NCBI RefSeq assembly: GCF_009914755.1
Contig: NC_060944.1
DNA length: 64,000 nucleotides
Source of the DNA: the human T2T-CHM13v2.0 reference genome, Homo sapiens
Direction: 5' to 3' (one strand)
Positions 14,690 to 30,579 of the stretch are shown one piece after another; within the stretch, counting starts at the first letter, position 1, and each line of letters begins with the position of its first letter. The notes beneath the pieces were generated by a model, which saw nothing but the letters and a program-made list of their open reading frames with translations, ran no database searches and was not told where the DNA came from. A program made the position numbers and the translations under genes.

Positions 14690-15450
14690 AGATTCTTGTT
14701 CTTAAAAGTGTGGTCCTCAGACCAGCAGCATCTGCATCACTGGAGAGCAAGTTAGAGCTGCAGCTGAGTCCTGTACCCCACCCTGGACTCTGTGTTGGAC
14801 TCTTCATTTTAATAAGACCCCAGGTAACGTGAATGAAATAGAAGAGCTAAGCTGTAACCACCATGGTTTATTAACCACCTGCATCAGAATTATCTGCAGT
14901 CTGGCTTAAAATGCATGTTCCGGGGCTTTGGTCCCAGCTACATGAATCAGGGGACTGTGGACTTGATCCTGTCACCTGCAGCATTAACAGCTCAGGTGAT
15001 TCCTTAGTGGAATTGAGTGATAATCATGGCTCCAGTAAAATCTTTATCTGGGCCTGATTTGGGGACTTCCTGACAGAGGACACCTGTTTGGGGATATTTG
15101 GGACATCTCCCTTAAATTCCTCTAATGGAAAGAATATGGTTCCCTGGAAAATCCTGAGAGCAGGGCATTCAGGTAAAATGCCCTGCTTTCACTCCAGGTG
15201 TTTGATCAAAGATAATTCGGGGCTCCCAATTTCCAACAGTCAGGAAAAATGTCATCTACTTTGGCACATGCTGACTTACCTTAATCAATCGCAGTGGTTT
15301 TCAAGCTTGAACACACACCAGAATCAAGAGGGCTTGTTATGATGCAGACTCCTGGACTCCACTGTCCCGGAGTCTCTGATTCAGAATCTGCATTTCTAAC
15401 AAGCTCCTGGTGTGATTCTGCTGATGGTTCAGGGGCCACACTTGGAGAAG
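14690..15450. mobile_element. Cluster of MER5A/B-like hAT-Charlie elements (another near 13590-13745)
   Basis: aagtgtggtcctcagaccagcagcatctgcatcac; cagtggttttcaagc...ctgcatttctaacaagctcctggtg...ccacacttggagaa. Confidence 0.7.
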
Positions 15451-17357
15451 TAAAGCTCCATGATACTGAGTAGCATCTTTCTGTGAAAGGGAAATGGAGG
15501 GTTTGGCCATTTCTTTAGTGCACTCTGGAACATGTCGTCCCAGCACAACTGTACTTCTTATCAGCAGCAGCCACAGAGCAGGCTGACCTGGTAGAACCCC
15601 TGTGCAAGTTATCACTGGAGGAAGAAGACTTGAACCCAGGGATGCCCGGGGCTGGCCCTACCAAATCAGCCACTTCTCTGCCTGCTCCCAAAGGTCTCAT
15701 AGACACAGTTTCTAATGACTTGTCCTTCAGCAACGACCTCCAATGCTTTTCAGGATCAATTCTCTGATTAGCAGTTTTTCTTCTCTCCCTAATACTGCTG
15801 AGGAATGTGGCAGTGTATTCTGATGGCCGCATAAGCCATTTAGTAAGCTCCCATACAGACCAAGAGAGGCCTGGTGAGAAGGGGCACGGTTGCTGTGGAG
15901 GACTTTGCAAATCCTTTGAATCTCTCCTTAGCCTCTCCCTGCAGTTCCAAGAAAGCAGTGACTTTGGGGTTTCATATTCAAATGCCAGAGAACTCACTTT
16001 CCACCCAAAGCACACACTTGGTTTTTTAAAAAGAAAAAAATGAATACAAAATAGTGACTTTTCCTGTGGACCATTTCAATATGATTTGAACCGTCAATAC
16101 CAACCCCCTAACCCCAGTAAAAAAAAAAACAGCCCATGATCCAGGCTTAAACATTCATGGAAAAGGGAATGAAAATAAGAATAAGAATCACATTTTATGA
16201 TCAATTTGAATTTTCGTCAAGAAGGATTTTCATCGCTGTTACTTATTCTTAGTACAGTCACAGTCCTGCTAAAATGTATTATCATTGCAGCATGTAGAGA
16301 TAACTATTGGAAATCAAGTTCGACAGACTGTAGATCAAATTCAAAATCCATAAAACCCAAAGGAACTGGATAACTTTGTAATGATATTTAACATTCCACG
16401 AAATGAGAAAAAAAATTATTGCTTTTTGAAAGGTCAAGGGAAGCAGTAGCATTGAAACAATATGAATGTTCCCCTATATCAGCTGTGTTTACAAGTTACT
16501 GGGCGTAGGATTTGTCTAGTCTAGCTGGCGGACGCCGCCTTGTAACAGTGGAATCATCTTACATTTGCCCTGCTCTTTTAATGTTTCAAAGGCGTTTGCA
16601 TCCATTACTTCATTTCATCTTCTCAGCACCCTCTGTCCCTTTCCAAGAACGGTTATTATTCTCCTCATTTTATAGACCCAGAGTGGTTCAGACCCTGTCG
16701 CTCAGCTCAGCAAACCCTGCAGTGCCAGCCTTTTTCCATTATACCAGGTCCCTACTGGCAATATATTCAGAATGATACCACCTTTGCTATTCTGTTATGT
16801 ATATATGAGTTGCACACACCTTTCCCCAAGGTGCCTGCTACTTTTATCTTTCCTCCAGGACCCCCTCCCCAAGTGGACACACTGTTTGCCTGTCTGCCCT
16901 TTTCTACATTTTGAGATTCTCTCCCTCTCTTTTTCTCTCTCCGTTGTCTCTCTTTCCCTATTCAGCTCCCTCCCTGCCATCCTTCCTTATCTATCCTCTT
17001 TCATCTCCTCATAAACACTCCTTTGCAGCAGTGGTTTACAAATTTCACTTGATAATTTACATGGAAATATGAAAGGGTTCTTTCTCCAAGTGTCTTGCAA
17101 TTGACTTGGAATCAGCGAGTTAAACAAAAGGGACTGAGCCTCTAACTCTGGGAATTTCAAGGCTCCAGTTACAGCAAATGACATGCTGTCCCCTCCACCT
17201 ATGTCTATGCAGGTCTGCCTTGGGAACCACCTCACACATCAGTGCCTTTGCTGTCCATCTGTGTATGTTATTCAAATTCACATAAGTTAAGATAAAGATC
17301 CAGGATGATAAAAACCAATCCTGATGGGTGGGATTAGAGAATTACTTCTTTCTGTAG

Positions 17358-17546
<189 letters not shown>

Positions 17547-18844
17547 TGAAGGAATGTATGCATTATTGATGAATGAGGTTGAGGGAAAACTTACTTCCTT
17601 TTCATATTTATGTTTCTTGGTAAGATTAATGCAGTTGGTGATGAAATCTTTGACAAGGAGGATACCAGCAATGGGCCCCACTAAGGGTAGAGGAATGCCT
17701 CTGCACTCTTCCTCTTCCCACACTCTTCTCTCTCGCTGGCTGCCTGATGAAACTCAATCAAGAGTGCAGATTTCCCAACAATTACAATCAGCCGATAGAG
17801 ACAGTCCAAGAGGACAGGCCTCTGCTCACTCCCAGGGAACCTCGTCACACCTCTTTGAGATGAATGGATTGGCAAAACAGGACACTGCAGGTGGCACAAT
17901 GTCTTCTTGGCCTGTCCCTGCTGGCTGTTCTCTATTTCCTTGGATGCACCTTTTGGTGTGGCACAACTCAGGTCGCCCATTGCCATGATGATATCTCTGC
18001 TTTGGGAAGGAAAGCAGCAGAAATATCCTAAAGTAGCATTTTCCTTCCTGCACCCTTTTGCCCAATCTCCATGCATTTGTAAGTGAGTTTATACCAGTCC
18101 CTCCGCTCATTGCAAGCCAAGAATAGAGGACTAACTTAGGCATTCTATAGATTTTCTTAAAGTAACCTATCTTGTGGCTTGCACACATGCTCTCTGATAC
18201 AATATCTAATGACCCCCTCATGGGAAATTGATTTTCCCGTTAGATGTACAAACTTGAAACAGTCAAAATAAGGCTTGCAAATGTGGTAGCTTGAATCTTA
18301 GGGCTGGGAGGAAATCTGAAGCCACCTCATCCACTTCTGTTGATGCCAGGGACGTGCAGCTAAACTACCTAGTACCAGGATGGGGATTTTGCTGATTTTA
18401 AGGGGCATCTGAAAAAATGATTTCATGGGCTCACCTGGAAGCTTCTGCCCGTCTTTACCAACTCCTCCTGGCAGATGCCTGGCTTCCCTCCTTCAAAAAT
18501 TCAGGCCAGGGCCTTCTTATCTGTCCTAAATCAAGATGATTGGGTTTCTATGTTCCATTGGAAAATTCATAAATGTTCAGATTTAGTACATCAAATCTAC
18601 CAGTACATTTCTATGGTCTTCTTCATGTAGAATATGTTGCAAAAAAAAGTATAGTAATGAAAATATATCTTTGATATAAAAAAAAATTAGCTCCCATGTA
18701 AGATACACTAAGAGTTTAATGAGCAGTGTTGAAGGTAGGGAAGAAGTCTAGACATTTGGTATCCACAGCTGATCTGGGGGTCTGGGGAGGGGATCTGAAA
18801 GAGGGAGCAGTATTTTTAAAGAATATGCCTTTCATTTCTATTAG

Positions 18845-19422
<578 letters not shown>

Positions 19423-19469
19423 TTAGCTTAGAAGGACTTTGAACATTCCTATTTCTGCACAGTTTTGAA

Positions 19470-19945
19470 CTACTGGTTTTCTCTTGCTGCTACAAACTTA
19501 GCGGCTTAAACCAGCACAAATGTATTATCCTCTAGTCCTGTAAGTCAGGAAGCCCCCTGGGTTTCACTGGGCTACACTCCAGGTGTCAGCCGGGCTGTGT
19601 TCCTTCCTGGAGGCGCTAAGGGAGAAGCTGTTTCCTTGCTTTTTCCAGCTTCTAGAGGCCACCCACATTCGTTGGCTTGGGGCTCCTTCCAGCTTCAAAG
19701 CCAGCAAGGCTGCATTTCACTAACCTTTCTCCTGTGGTCACATCTCCCTCTGACCACAGGCAGGAAATGTCCTCTGCTGGCAAGAACTCAAGTCATTACA
19801 TTGGATCCATCCAGATAATCCAGGATAATTGCTCCCATGTCAAGGTCTTTAACTCCATCTCACCTGCAATGTCCCTTTTATCATGCAAGCTAACATATTC
19901 ATGGAGCAGAGACATCTCTGGGAGGTCATTATTCTGGCTACCATG
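19470..19945 (-). mobile_element. MLT1 (C/D-like) MaLR LTR
   Basis: caaacttagcggcttaaa...gctgtgttccttcctggaggc...tttccagcttctagaggcc...cattattctggctacca. Confidence 0.8.
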
Positions 19946-20394
19946 TAAGCCAAATAGTCTTCAGAGTGACCATATGACTTTAAGCTTCATAATGGGAAAT
20001 ATTAACTATAGAACTGAGCACTGGATGCATTGTCATTGATGATATGCTGAAGAGTTCTGGACATTTCAATTTTTTCATGTTTTAAAGAACTTTTTAAAAT
20101 CTGTGACATGGCAAAATTACTTAAATTATCTTTTGAAGCTCCTAGAGGATGCCTAATATCATTTCTTTTCCTTTTAAATTAAGGGTGAAATAGATTGCTG
20201 TGGTTGATGAGAAAAGAATTCAGTGGCACTCATTTCCTTGGGATTATTTGTCATTTAGTCTGATTTATCTTCCAAGTTCAGTCAGAAGCTTGGCAATCTG
20301 AAAATCGCATTATAGACATCTCCTGATTGCAGGGTGATTAAGTGGAAGAAACTTTTAAGCTTGACTGTAGGAAGTTTTTCAGTTATAAGTTAAA

Positions 20395-21005
20395 CATAGG
20401 AACAATCAATTGGAAAACTACTTAGCAGTGTCTACAAAAGCTGAATATATGCACTCCCTGTACCTCGGGAGTTCCATTCCTAGGTATATGCTTGCTAAAG
20501 ATGTGTATTTAGGTTTACCAAGAGACACGTACAAGAATTGCTTAAAGCAGAGGTATTCAGAATAGCCAAATACTGGACACCAAATACTCGTCAACAGATA
20601 AATGAATTATGGTATATTCACACAAAGAAAGAATATGCAGCCATGAGAATAATCTATAACTAAATGAAAACTATGGATGAATCACTATAAATAAACATAA
20701 TATTGAGCAAAGGAAGTCAGGTACACAAAAACTACATACTGTATGATTTAACCTATATAACACACAAAAACAGGCAAAACTAATTTATGCTATTTATTAG
20801 AAGTCAGGATAATGGGTTCCCTTGGAAGAAAAGCAACCAGCAGGGAGCCCAAGAGCCTTCTAGAGATTGGTTATATTTTGTTTCTTGATCTGGATATCAT
20901 TTACTCAGACACGTTTATTTGGTGAAAATTCTTTGCACTGTGGACTTACGACGTGTACTTTTCTGTACGCCTGTTATACATCAGTTATAAGATTTTAAAA
21001 TAATT
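20395..21005 (+). mobile_element. L1ME-like 3' fragment
   Basis: gttccattcctaggtatat...atggatgaatc...gtttcttgatctgga. Confidence 0.7.
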
Positions 21006-23524
21006 AAAATATAAACTCTAGGACAATCAGGGTTAAAAAAAAGTAGCCTGAGACTCTGATTTATCTTTTCTTCTATTTTTCTGTCTCAAATGCCTGTTTT
21101 TTTATTGTTTCGATTAAAATCTTTATCAACAGACGTTATATAATTCTTTGAAAGGGTTTTGTCCTGTAGCTTTTGAATGTGTACTTTCATCATTATTGTG
21201 CATGTCTTTCAACATTTTTTCAAAAATAATTTCTGTACTCAGTAAAAATGTTCTCTTTGAAGTTTGGAAGTGAGTATCATTAACAGGCCTTTCATTCACA
21301 CCTATTTCCTAACACAACTCTATCCCTTGAATGATAGCAAGCAAACCTTGTCTTCCTTTGCATGTGGGTGCTTGTGTTTTTTACCATCTGCCTTTCCCAC
21401 TACCAGTTCTCTGCCTCTTATTAACAGGATGCATAACACAAATGACGATTTTTACAGGCAGTGAACATTATTGCTTAATATAGAGAAAGGGCAACAATCT
21501 GTTAGTTATTCAGTAGATTTCCTAAGCTAGCCCTGTTGTCTATTATGCAATCAGTGGAAACTTTTGGACATTTTAATATGTAGGTACCTGAATAAAGAGC
21601 ACCGCTAATTTACCATTTGGTTCGTAGATGTTCACAGTACTGGGAACTCAAGTAACTTGAAAAACGTGACAGGTATTGTATTTCAAAGCTAGTTTACTTA
21701 TCATGGCCCCTGTTGGCCAGATGCCTCTTGCAGGATTCAGCCCTTTGCTAGTAGACTTGTCCTAAGGAACTAGGGTAACCTAAGATATTTTTTATAGTTC
21801 AACAAGATTCCCCCAACATCCCTCCAAAGATTTACAGGAGAAAAATCAGGTTTCTGCTTTTTACAGTAAAGAAAGACAAATTCTTTCTTTCCCACAGACA
21901 CTAAAGAATGACCTGATTGGCTATTTGAAATGACTGCGAATTGTTGGGTCCCATGAAGTATTTTATAGAAAGCTCTGCCAAACAATTTTTTAATTACTTA
22001 ATTAAAAGAATCCCCTCTCTGATTTTTTTTTAAAAAAAAAAAGGTAATAAGAACTTGGGACAAAAATTTCATTATAAAAATGCTTAAGTGGCAATACCCT
22101 AAAAGAATGTGTCTCTAATATTGTAGTAAGATACGTTTTCTATCCAAAATATAATCGATTCACCTTATTAACTAACACAATATCAGCATTATAAAGTGGT
22201 TGTATGTGGCTTTCCTTAATAAACAATCCAATACATAAAAACCCTTGCTGGTCCCAGAAATCTTTTTTCCCCTGGAGATTTTTAAGCAATACTTTTTTCA
22301 CTGCTGTCATTCAGTAATTGAACTGTGTCAGCCAAATGAAAACTTTTATAAGCTTCTCAGAGGACAGTGCAGTGGTACTGTCTCCATTTATATAAATCGA
22401 GTAGGGCAGCTAACTTTCAGAAGGCTGGCAGTGGGCAGGGGTGCAAGTTACTTCATTGTTGAACCATTATTGCCATCTATTGGGCTCATCGTGCTATTGC
22501 ATTGTGTGAGCCCTGAAAGATAGTAGTTAAATCAATTTAGAACTTTCGAACCATTTAGAACAACCTCGCTGACTTTTTACTTGAAAATCTTTTTTATATA
22601 ACGGATATTTCTGGGTCTGACTGAAGCCCATAGCTATGGAAGAATGTAATGCTTCATACTGATATGAATATTTAACCTAGCAGAAATGTCCATTAATTCT
22701 TCAGGGGAAAAACAATTCATTTAAATGAGTGTATATTGGCTACATATGAAGCTGAATTATTTCTGATGGAGTTAGATTTCCAATCATGCTGATATTTAAG
22801 GAGTTACCCATGTTATCCTGCCCTCTTAAAAATAATATCAGCATTTTCTACGATATGCACTTCGTTGTGATGACAATACATCCATCAAATAAGCTTGCAG
22901 ACAAATCATAGGATAAAGTTGGCCCTTCACGATTTTTATGTAGTGACTTTGCTGCCAAAGCCCCAGAGTTCCTGCCCCAGCTCCTAACTTCTTTGACTTC
23001 TGCAAGGTCCTCTCTGGCCTTGGGAAAAATGTCAACACAAGATCACTGAGCTATGTGCTGGCCACGCATTGCATGGAAGAGTCGCGGCTTGGGAAAGGAG
23101 GGAAAGATGAAGGAGGGATAGTTTATCTGTTTTCGGGGTCATAGAGACCCTGAGAGAGTGTTTGTATATCAAAATAGAATACATGTACCATAGAAAGCAA
23201 ACTGTATTAAATGCCAGCAAACTGTTTTCAATGCCACGTGTTTAAAAACATATAGAGAAAAAATATTGACACGCATTTTTTAATAGAATTTTGAAATTTT
23301 AAGTGCTATTTATTAACAAATCCAGTTTAGGAAAAAAATCTATATTCAAAATGTCAGTATAATTTTCTATAACGAATAAAATTTAAATCCCTGAAAAAAA
23401 TAATTTTAAACAGCCCAACTTCCAAGGAAATCTGTAATTGATTTTAGGTAAAATATGTGTTACAAATGCTGTAAAGCTAAATGTTGAAATGGTGACATGA
23501 TGATCTGTTATTAAAATTTGACAG

Positions 23525-23592
23525 GAGAAGCTGATACGGAAAGTGACGACGACGATGATGATGATGACTGTAAAAAATCTTCAATGGATGAG
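23525..23592 (+). CDS. PLCB1: PLCB1 coding exon (~15), acidic X-Y linker: (G)EADTESDDDDDDDDCKKSSMDE
   Basis: gacag|GAGAAG...GATGAG|gtgggt; 68 nt, phase 1 to 0. Confidence 0.96.
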
Positions 23593-24024
23593 GTGGGTAC
23601 TTAGGGCTTCTGGTCCCTAAGGCATTCCACCACCCTGTACTCTCCTGGGTCTGTCTCATGGTCACTTTGTGCCATCTAGTGGCAAAAAGTAGATTTGTGC
23701 CTTCCAATTGCCAGCTTCAATTTTTGAGGCAATTAAATGGCTTATGAAATGTTCCACAATCCGGAGAAGATATGGTGTTTAGAAAAATGATCAGAACTGT
23801 GACATTCATTGCATTGTTTTAATTTTGGAACACTAGAGCTACCTATTTATATAAACTTAGGCATCCCGAGTAACTTGATTAGCTCAAAAATATTAATTGC
23901 ACAGAACCTAGAAGAGAATCAGAAGCAGATCAACTGGAATTTTAGAATTTTGTCTTACCAAAAGTTTATACTGAAACAATCTGGGCAACAGAGAGAGACC
24001 TCACGCCTTTAAAAAAACAAGTTA

Positions 24025-24200
<176 letters not shown>

Positions 24201-24719
24201 ACGTATTTTAAAGTTTATATTGAATCTGCTTTCAAATTTGTTAGATATGTTCTGTCTCAACGCTTGTAGCTCTACAATTTAGTAAAAATGAAACAAAAAA
24301 TAAGCTGCTCTTACTTGATGTCCTTCCTCTTAGAATTATTTTTTAATGTCTAAAGTTTTGCTTAATTATGTTCCCTCACTACATTTCAATTTTTGATTTC
24401 CAGGAGGAAAACAGCTTACCATGTCTGGCAAAGTATATGTTCCTGAGAATGATTTCAATTGTGTATAATTTCTGATCAGTGATTCTAAATAATTTTTAAA
24501 CTCTCTTACTAATTGGATAGTCCATTTGCAAATGAATGTTTCCCAGTTAACATTTGACCCAAATATTACTACCAGAATTTTTAAAAGAAACTCATCTCCA
24601 TGCATTCTCTCTTCTAAAAATGTGAGACAATATTAGATCACTCTACAGAGGCCCATTTTGTGCCAACACTGCATTATTGGTTTTCTTTTTCATTAAAAAC
24701 TCTATCAAAGTAATATGTC

Positions 24720-24990
24720 ATAGCTAATAATAGCAAAAGCAACATGAGATTGTAGTACCACTTGCCAGGCACTGTTCTAAGCTCCTTCACATAAATTAAC
24801 TTATTTTTTAATCAAAAACCCCTATATGCTGTAGGAACTGATTTTATCCTAATTTTACAAATGAGTCAAGTGAGGCACAGAGCAATTAAGTAAGTTGCCC
24901 AAGGTTGCCCGGTTTCTAACTAGTGGACTTGGGATTCGAAATCAGGCAGGCTGGCTCTAGAACGCGAGCCATTAATCCCTGCACTATGCT
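24720..24990 (-). mobile_element. MIR SINE
   Basis: gccaggcactgttctaagc...ttttacaaatgag...gaggcacagag...gcccaaggt. Confidence 0.75.
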
Positions 24991-25189
24991 TTCCTGCTTG
25001 TCTAAGACACATCAGGAGCCAAGAAGGGAGGGAGGGAAGAATGTTGATGAAGGAAAGCAGTTGTTTACCCACCCCCGCCCATTTCCACAAAGCAATCTTT
25101 TTATTATTATTATCAATTTTCCCTTCATTTGGTGGTCACCTACCTAACAATTTTCTTATTGTACAGTGAATTCTTAATTTACGAATCCG

Positions 25190-25404
25190 ATGAGAACACA
25201 TGGACACATAAAGGGACATGGGGCCTACCTGCGGGTGGAGGTGGGAGGAGGGAGAGGATCAGGAAAAATAACTAATGGATGCCAGGCTTAATACCCGGGT
25301 GACAAAATAATCTGCACAACAAACCCCAGTGACATAAGTTTATTTATATAAAAAAAAAAAACCTGCACGTGTAGCCCTGAATTTAAAATAAATGTTAAAA
25401 AAAA
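25190..25404 (+). mobile_element. L1PA (older primate) 3' end
   Basis: gagaacacatggacac...gagaggatcaggaaaaataactaatgg...aacctgcacgtgtagccctgaatttaaaataaa. Confidence 0.85.
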
Positions 25405-25791
25405 TTACTAACCTTAGACAACACCTATGGACACCCTGCAATGGAAGATGAGCTATAGCTCAGTGCTTCTCAAACTTTGATGGGCATTCCAATGACCTTA
25501 GTAAAATGCAGGATCTGAGTCTGAGGCCTGCAGAGGGGCTAAGATCAGGCATTTCTAAATGGAAAGGAGGGGGCAGGGGATAGGGAGTGATTATGTTGGG
25601 GCCATGCTGCCAGCCACCATTCAACCTCCCACCTCCCTTCCTCCCTCCCTTTTATAAAATGAGGTGTTGCTGTTGCCTTTCTCCTGTAATGAATTTTCAT
25701 TTTGTAATTTTCAGAAAGGGAGGGATGATTTTCTGCATGCTTGAATCATGTTGTCATTTTCCTGGGAAAATAACTGATAATATAATGCTGA

Positions 25792-25962
<171 letters not shown>

Positions 25963-27561
25963 TAATGATTATATTTTAAATACGGAGTAATGGGACCAAA
26001 GAATGTTACCCTTAATAGAGCGATTTATGCTTTTGAAGTCTTAAATATATGTACATTTTGACTGCCTTGTTACTTTTCACATATAATAAATATGCATGTA
26101 TTGTAATATATAAAAATAACCATATGAGAAAGTATTCTATGGTGTTCTCCAAAAATATTTAATAGGGCTACAGGCCATACATGGCTATCGGAAAGACACA
26201 TGACCAGAGTACAACTAATTGGGAATTGTACTTTGCTTTTTGTTCGCAACACACAGTGAGATCCATCTGTTACATAAGTGATAATGTTGAAATAAACTAT
26301 CTACCTGTTTCCCAGAAGGGAAGCAGGCAGAGACTTGATGAACCCTGATAATTAGAAATAGAACCAATTTATCTATATTCCATTTGTCCATCACATGTAT
26401 ATATTTAGAAGAAAATGCATTAACTTCACATCACTTTGTGTTTTCCCTTTATTCAACTATACATCCATACTTGTGCAAAGAAAAATATCATCTTTACCCA
26501 GACAAAAGGGTTCTTTTATGAAAATGCCCCTTGTATTTGCATGAAGCGTAAGATGCTATCAGATTAAGGGAATCCTTGAAACTTACTAGCCACTTATAAG
26601 GGTGTACCCTTAAAAACAGAAATTTGCCTAAATGTACTAGCTTCTAATCAAGGATGGCTTTGCAGCTATATCAAAATCCAAGCCTCTACCAAACACGCTT
26701 GTTTATATTTGTATAATCTTACAAAAAGTCTTCACTTAGTGGTATATGCAACCTAGATCTCTACAACAAAGAATTCAACTTCCAAGAGTTTATATATAAT
26801 GATTTCTCAACATTGAATTCGATGTCCTAATTTCTGATGTTTCTTACAAGTTGTTTTCTTTGAAACATCCTAGCGTAGTTATTTTTATATCACTGTAATT
26901 TCATTGGCTGCAATGAGTTTCTCTAACTCATTAGTTAAAAGTTCCAAGACAAGTAGCCAAGTGTGAGAAAGAGCCAATATATTTAGATTCTTCAGAACCT
27001 GGAAACAACAGCACCAGCTAGACTCACAAACAAGCACTTTTCTCCTTGTGTTTAATATCATTTTATAACCTTGAAAAAAGAATATTCAACATATTTTACC
27101 AAGTACCTATTAATGTTGACTGAATTTTAATTAATAGTTATGCTTAATTTAATAAGTCATATAAAGGTAGATTTATGATGGACCAAAATAAGAGAAGCCA
27201 AGGTTTGCCTTAGAGTGGATTGGAGAAGGTGAGAAGATGGATGACGAAGCCTGGAAATCATTAAGAAGAACGAGGTTTTAATTTCGAAAGAGAGGTCAAA
27301 GAGGGAAAATATCTCAAAGATAACTCAGTTTAAAAAAATTCAGAGCTATATAACCACCCTGTGCTATACTTATCTAAAATACTGCTCATAATTGTTGGTT
27401 TTTAGTGGGGATGAGGGTAGAGAAAGTGATTCTCGGTCTTTCTAAACTAAGATAACTTTGTTTTCTTTCTCTCACTCTAATTGGAGGCTTGAATTTCACT
27501 TTCAAAATGTTTCTCTTGTGTTTAGCACATCCTCCTCTCTGGCCTCTATTTTATTTTATAC

Positions 27562-27916
27562 TTTATTAGTCCATTCTCGTGCTGCTATGAAGAAATATCC
27601 GAGACTGGGTAATTTGTAAAGAAAAGAGGTTTAGTTGACTCACAGTTCTGCATGGCTGGGGAGACCTCAGGAAACAACAATCATGAGGCGGAAGGCACCT
27701 CTTCACAGGGCAGCAGGAGAGAGAATGAGTACAGGCAAGGGAAATGCCAGATGCTTATAAAACCATCAGCTCTCATGAGACTAATGCATTATCATGAGAA
27801 CAACACAGGGGAACCACGCCCATAATTCAATTACCCCCACTTGGTAACCCCCCCGTGACACTGTGGGTATTACAATTCAAGGAGATTTTGTGTGGGGACA
27901 CACCCAAGCCATATCA
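27562..27916 (-). mobile_element. THE1-type MaLR solo LTR
   Basis: ttagtccattctcgtgctgctatgaagaaa...gaaggcacctcttcacaggg...ccatatca. Confidence 0.9.
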
Positions 27917-28480
27917 TGTATCTAATATGAAAATGAAGCCATGAGACTGGAAAATTTCCAAGGACCTTTCTGTTTTGAAAGACCATAATTCTGTCATATT
28001 AGTTATTTGAACCAAAAAAGTATATACAAACTGATAAGGTGGCAATGTGGGTATGAAAGAGATAGTCAGCACCTAGCACAAACATTCCCATGGTCTCTTT
28101 TGTTAAACCCCATATTGGCCCTAAGAAAAAAATCTGGGTGAATTTAGAACAAAAGATTCCCACGGGGTCCCTGCTCTTTTGACAAATTTTTTTATTGCCA
28201 CACTATACTCATCTAGAATTCATTCATGTCCCTAAATTACAAAAGCATAAGTAGCTCTGACCCAAGTAGCAAACGTTAGAAAAGACAACTAACAAGACTC
28301 AACTTTTGTTACAGGTAAATAGTGCACTAGAAAAAAAAATTAAATATTGAAATTACATTGAGGATTATTTGCCCTCAACTTCACTGAATATTTACCCATT
28401 TCTTTTATAATGTTATAATTTATAACAATGAATTGTATTTCTCACCTTCCCCTTTTTTGTTTTGTTGTTGCTTAACTCAG

Positions 28481-28565
28481 AAAGAAATAAAAGTTTTGAA
28501 ATGTCTTCCTTCGTGGAAACCAAAGGACTTGAACAACTCACCAAGTCTCCAGTGGAATTTGTAGA
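28481..28565 (+). CDS. PLCB1: PLCB1 coding exon (~17), Y domain: (K)[27 protein letters not shown](E)
   Basis: ctcag|AAAGA...GTAGA|gtatcctt; 85 nt; SSFxE motif. Confidence 0.97.
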
Positions 28566-30375
<1,810 letters not shown>

Positions 30376-30579
30376 TGAACTCACATTGCCAAGTGTCCAA
30401 AAACCATTCTTACATAATTGGGGGAGAGAAAATTGCCAGACTTCACTGAAAAAATAAATAAAAGCAAATTTCAATGAAGGGAATATCAATGCATAAAAAA
30501 AGTGAATTTTGAAAATCGAGACATGTTCTTCAATTATTCTGTAAATGGATCTTTATTTCTACAGGCTTTGCATTATTTT

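Noticed and set aside
15515-16043. 166-aa antisense ORF and overlapping ORFs
   Set aside because: No recognisable domain, start context or splice support; consistent with chance in moderately GC-rich intron
28469-28480. TGCTTAAC, U12-branch-like motif at the exon-17 acceptor
   Set aside because: Too close to the AG, preceded by a normal pyrimidine tract, and the intron's donor is canonical GTAAGT
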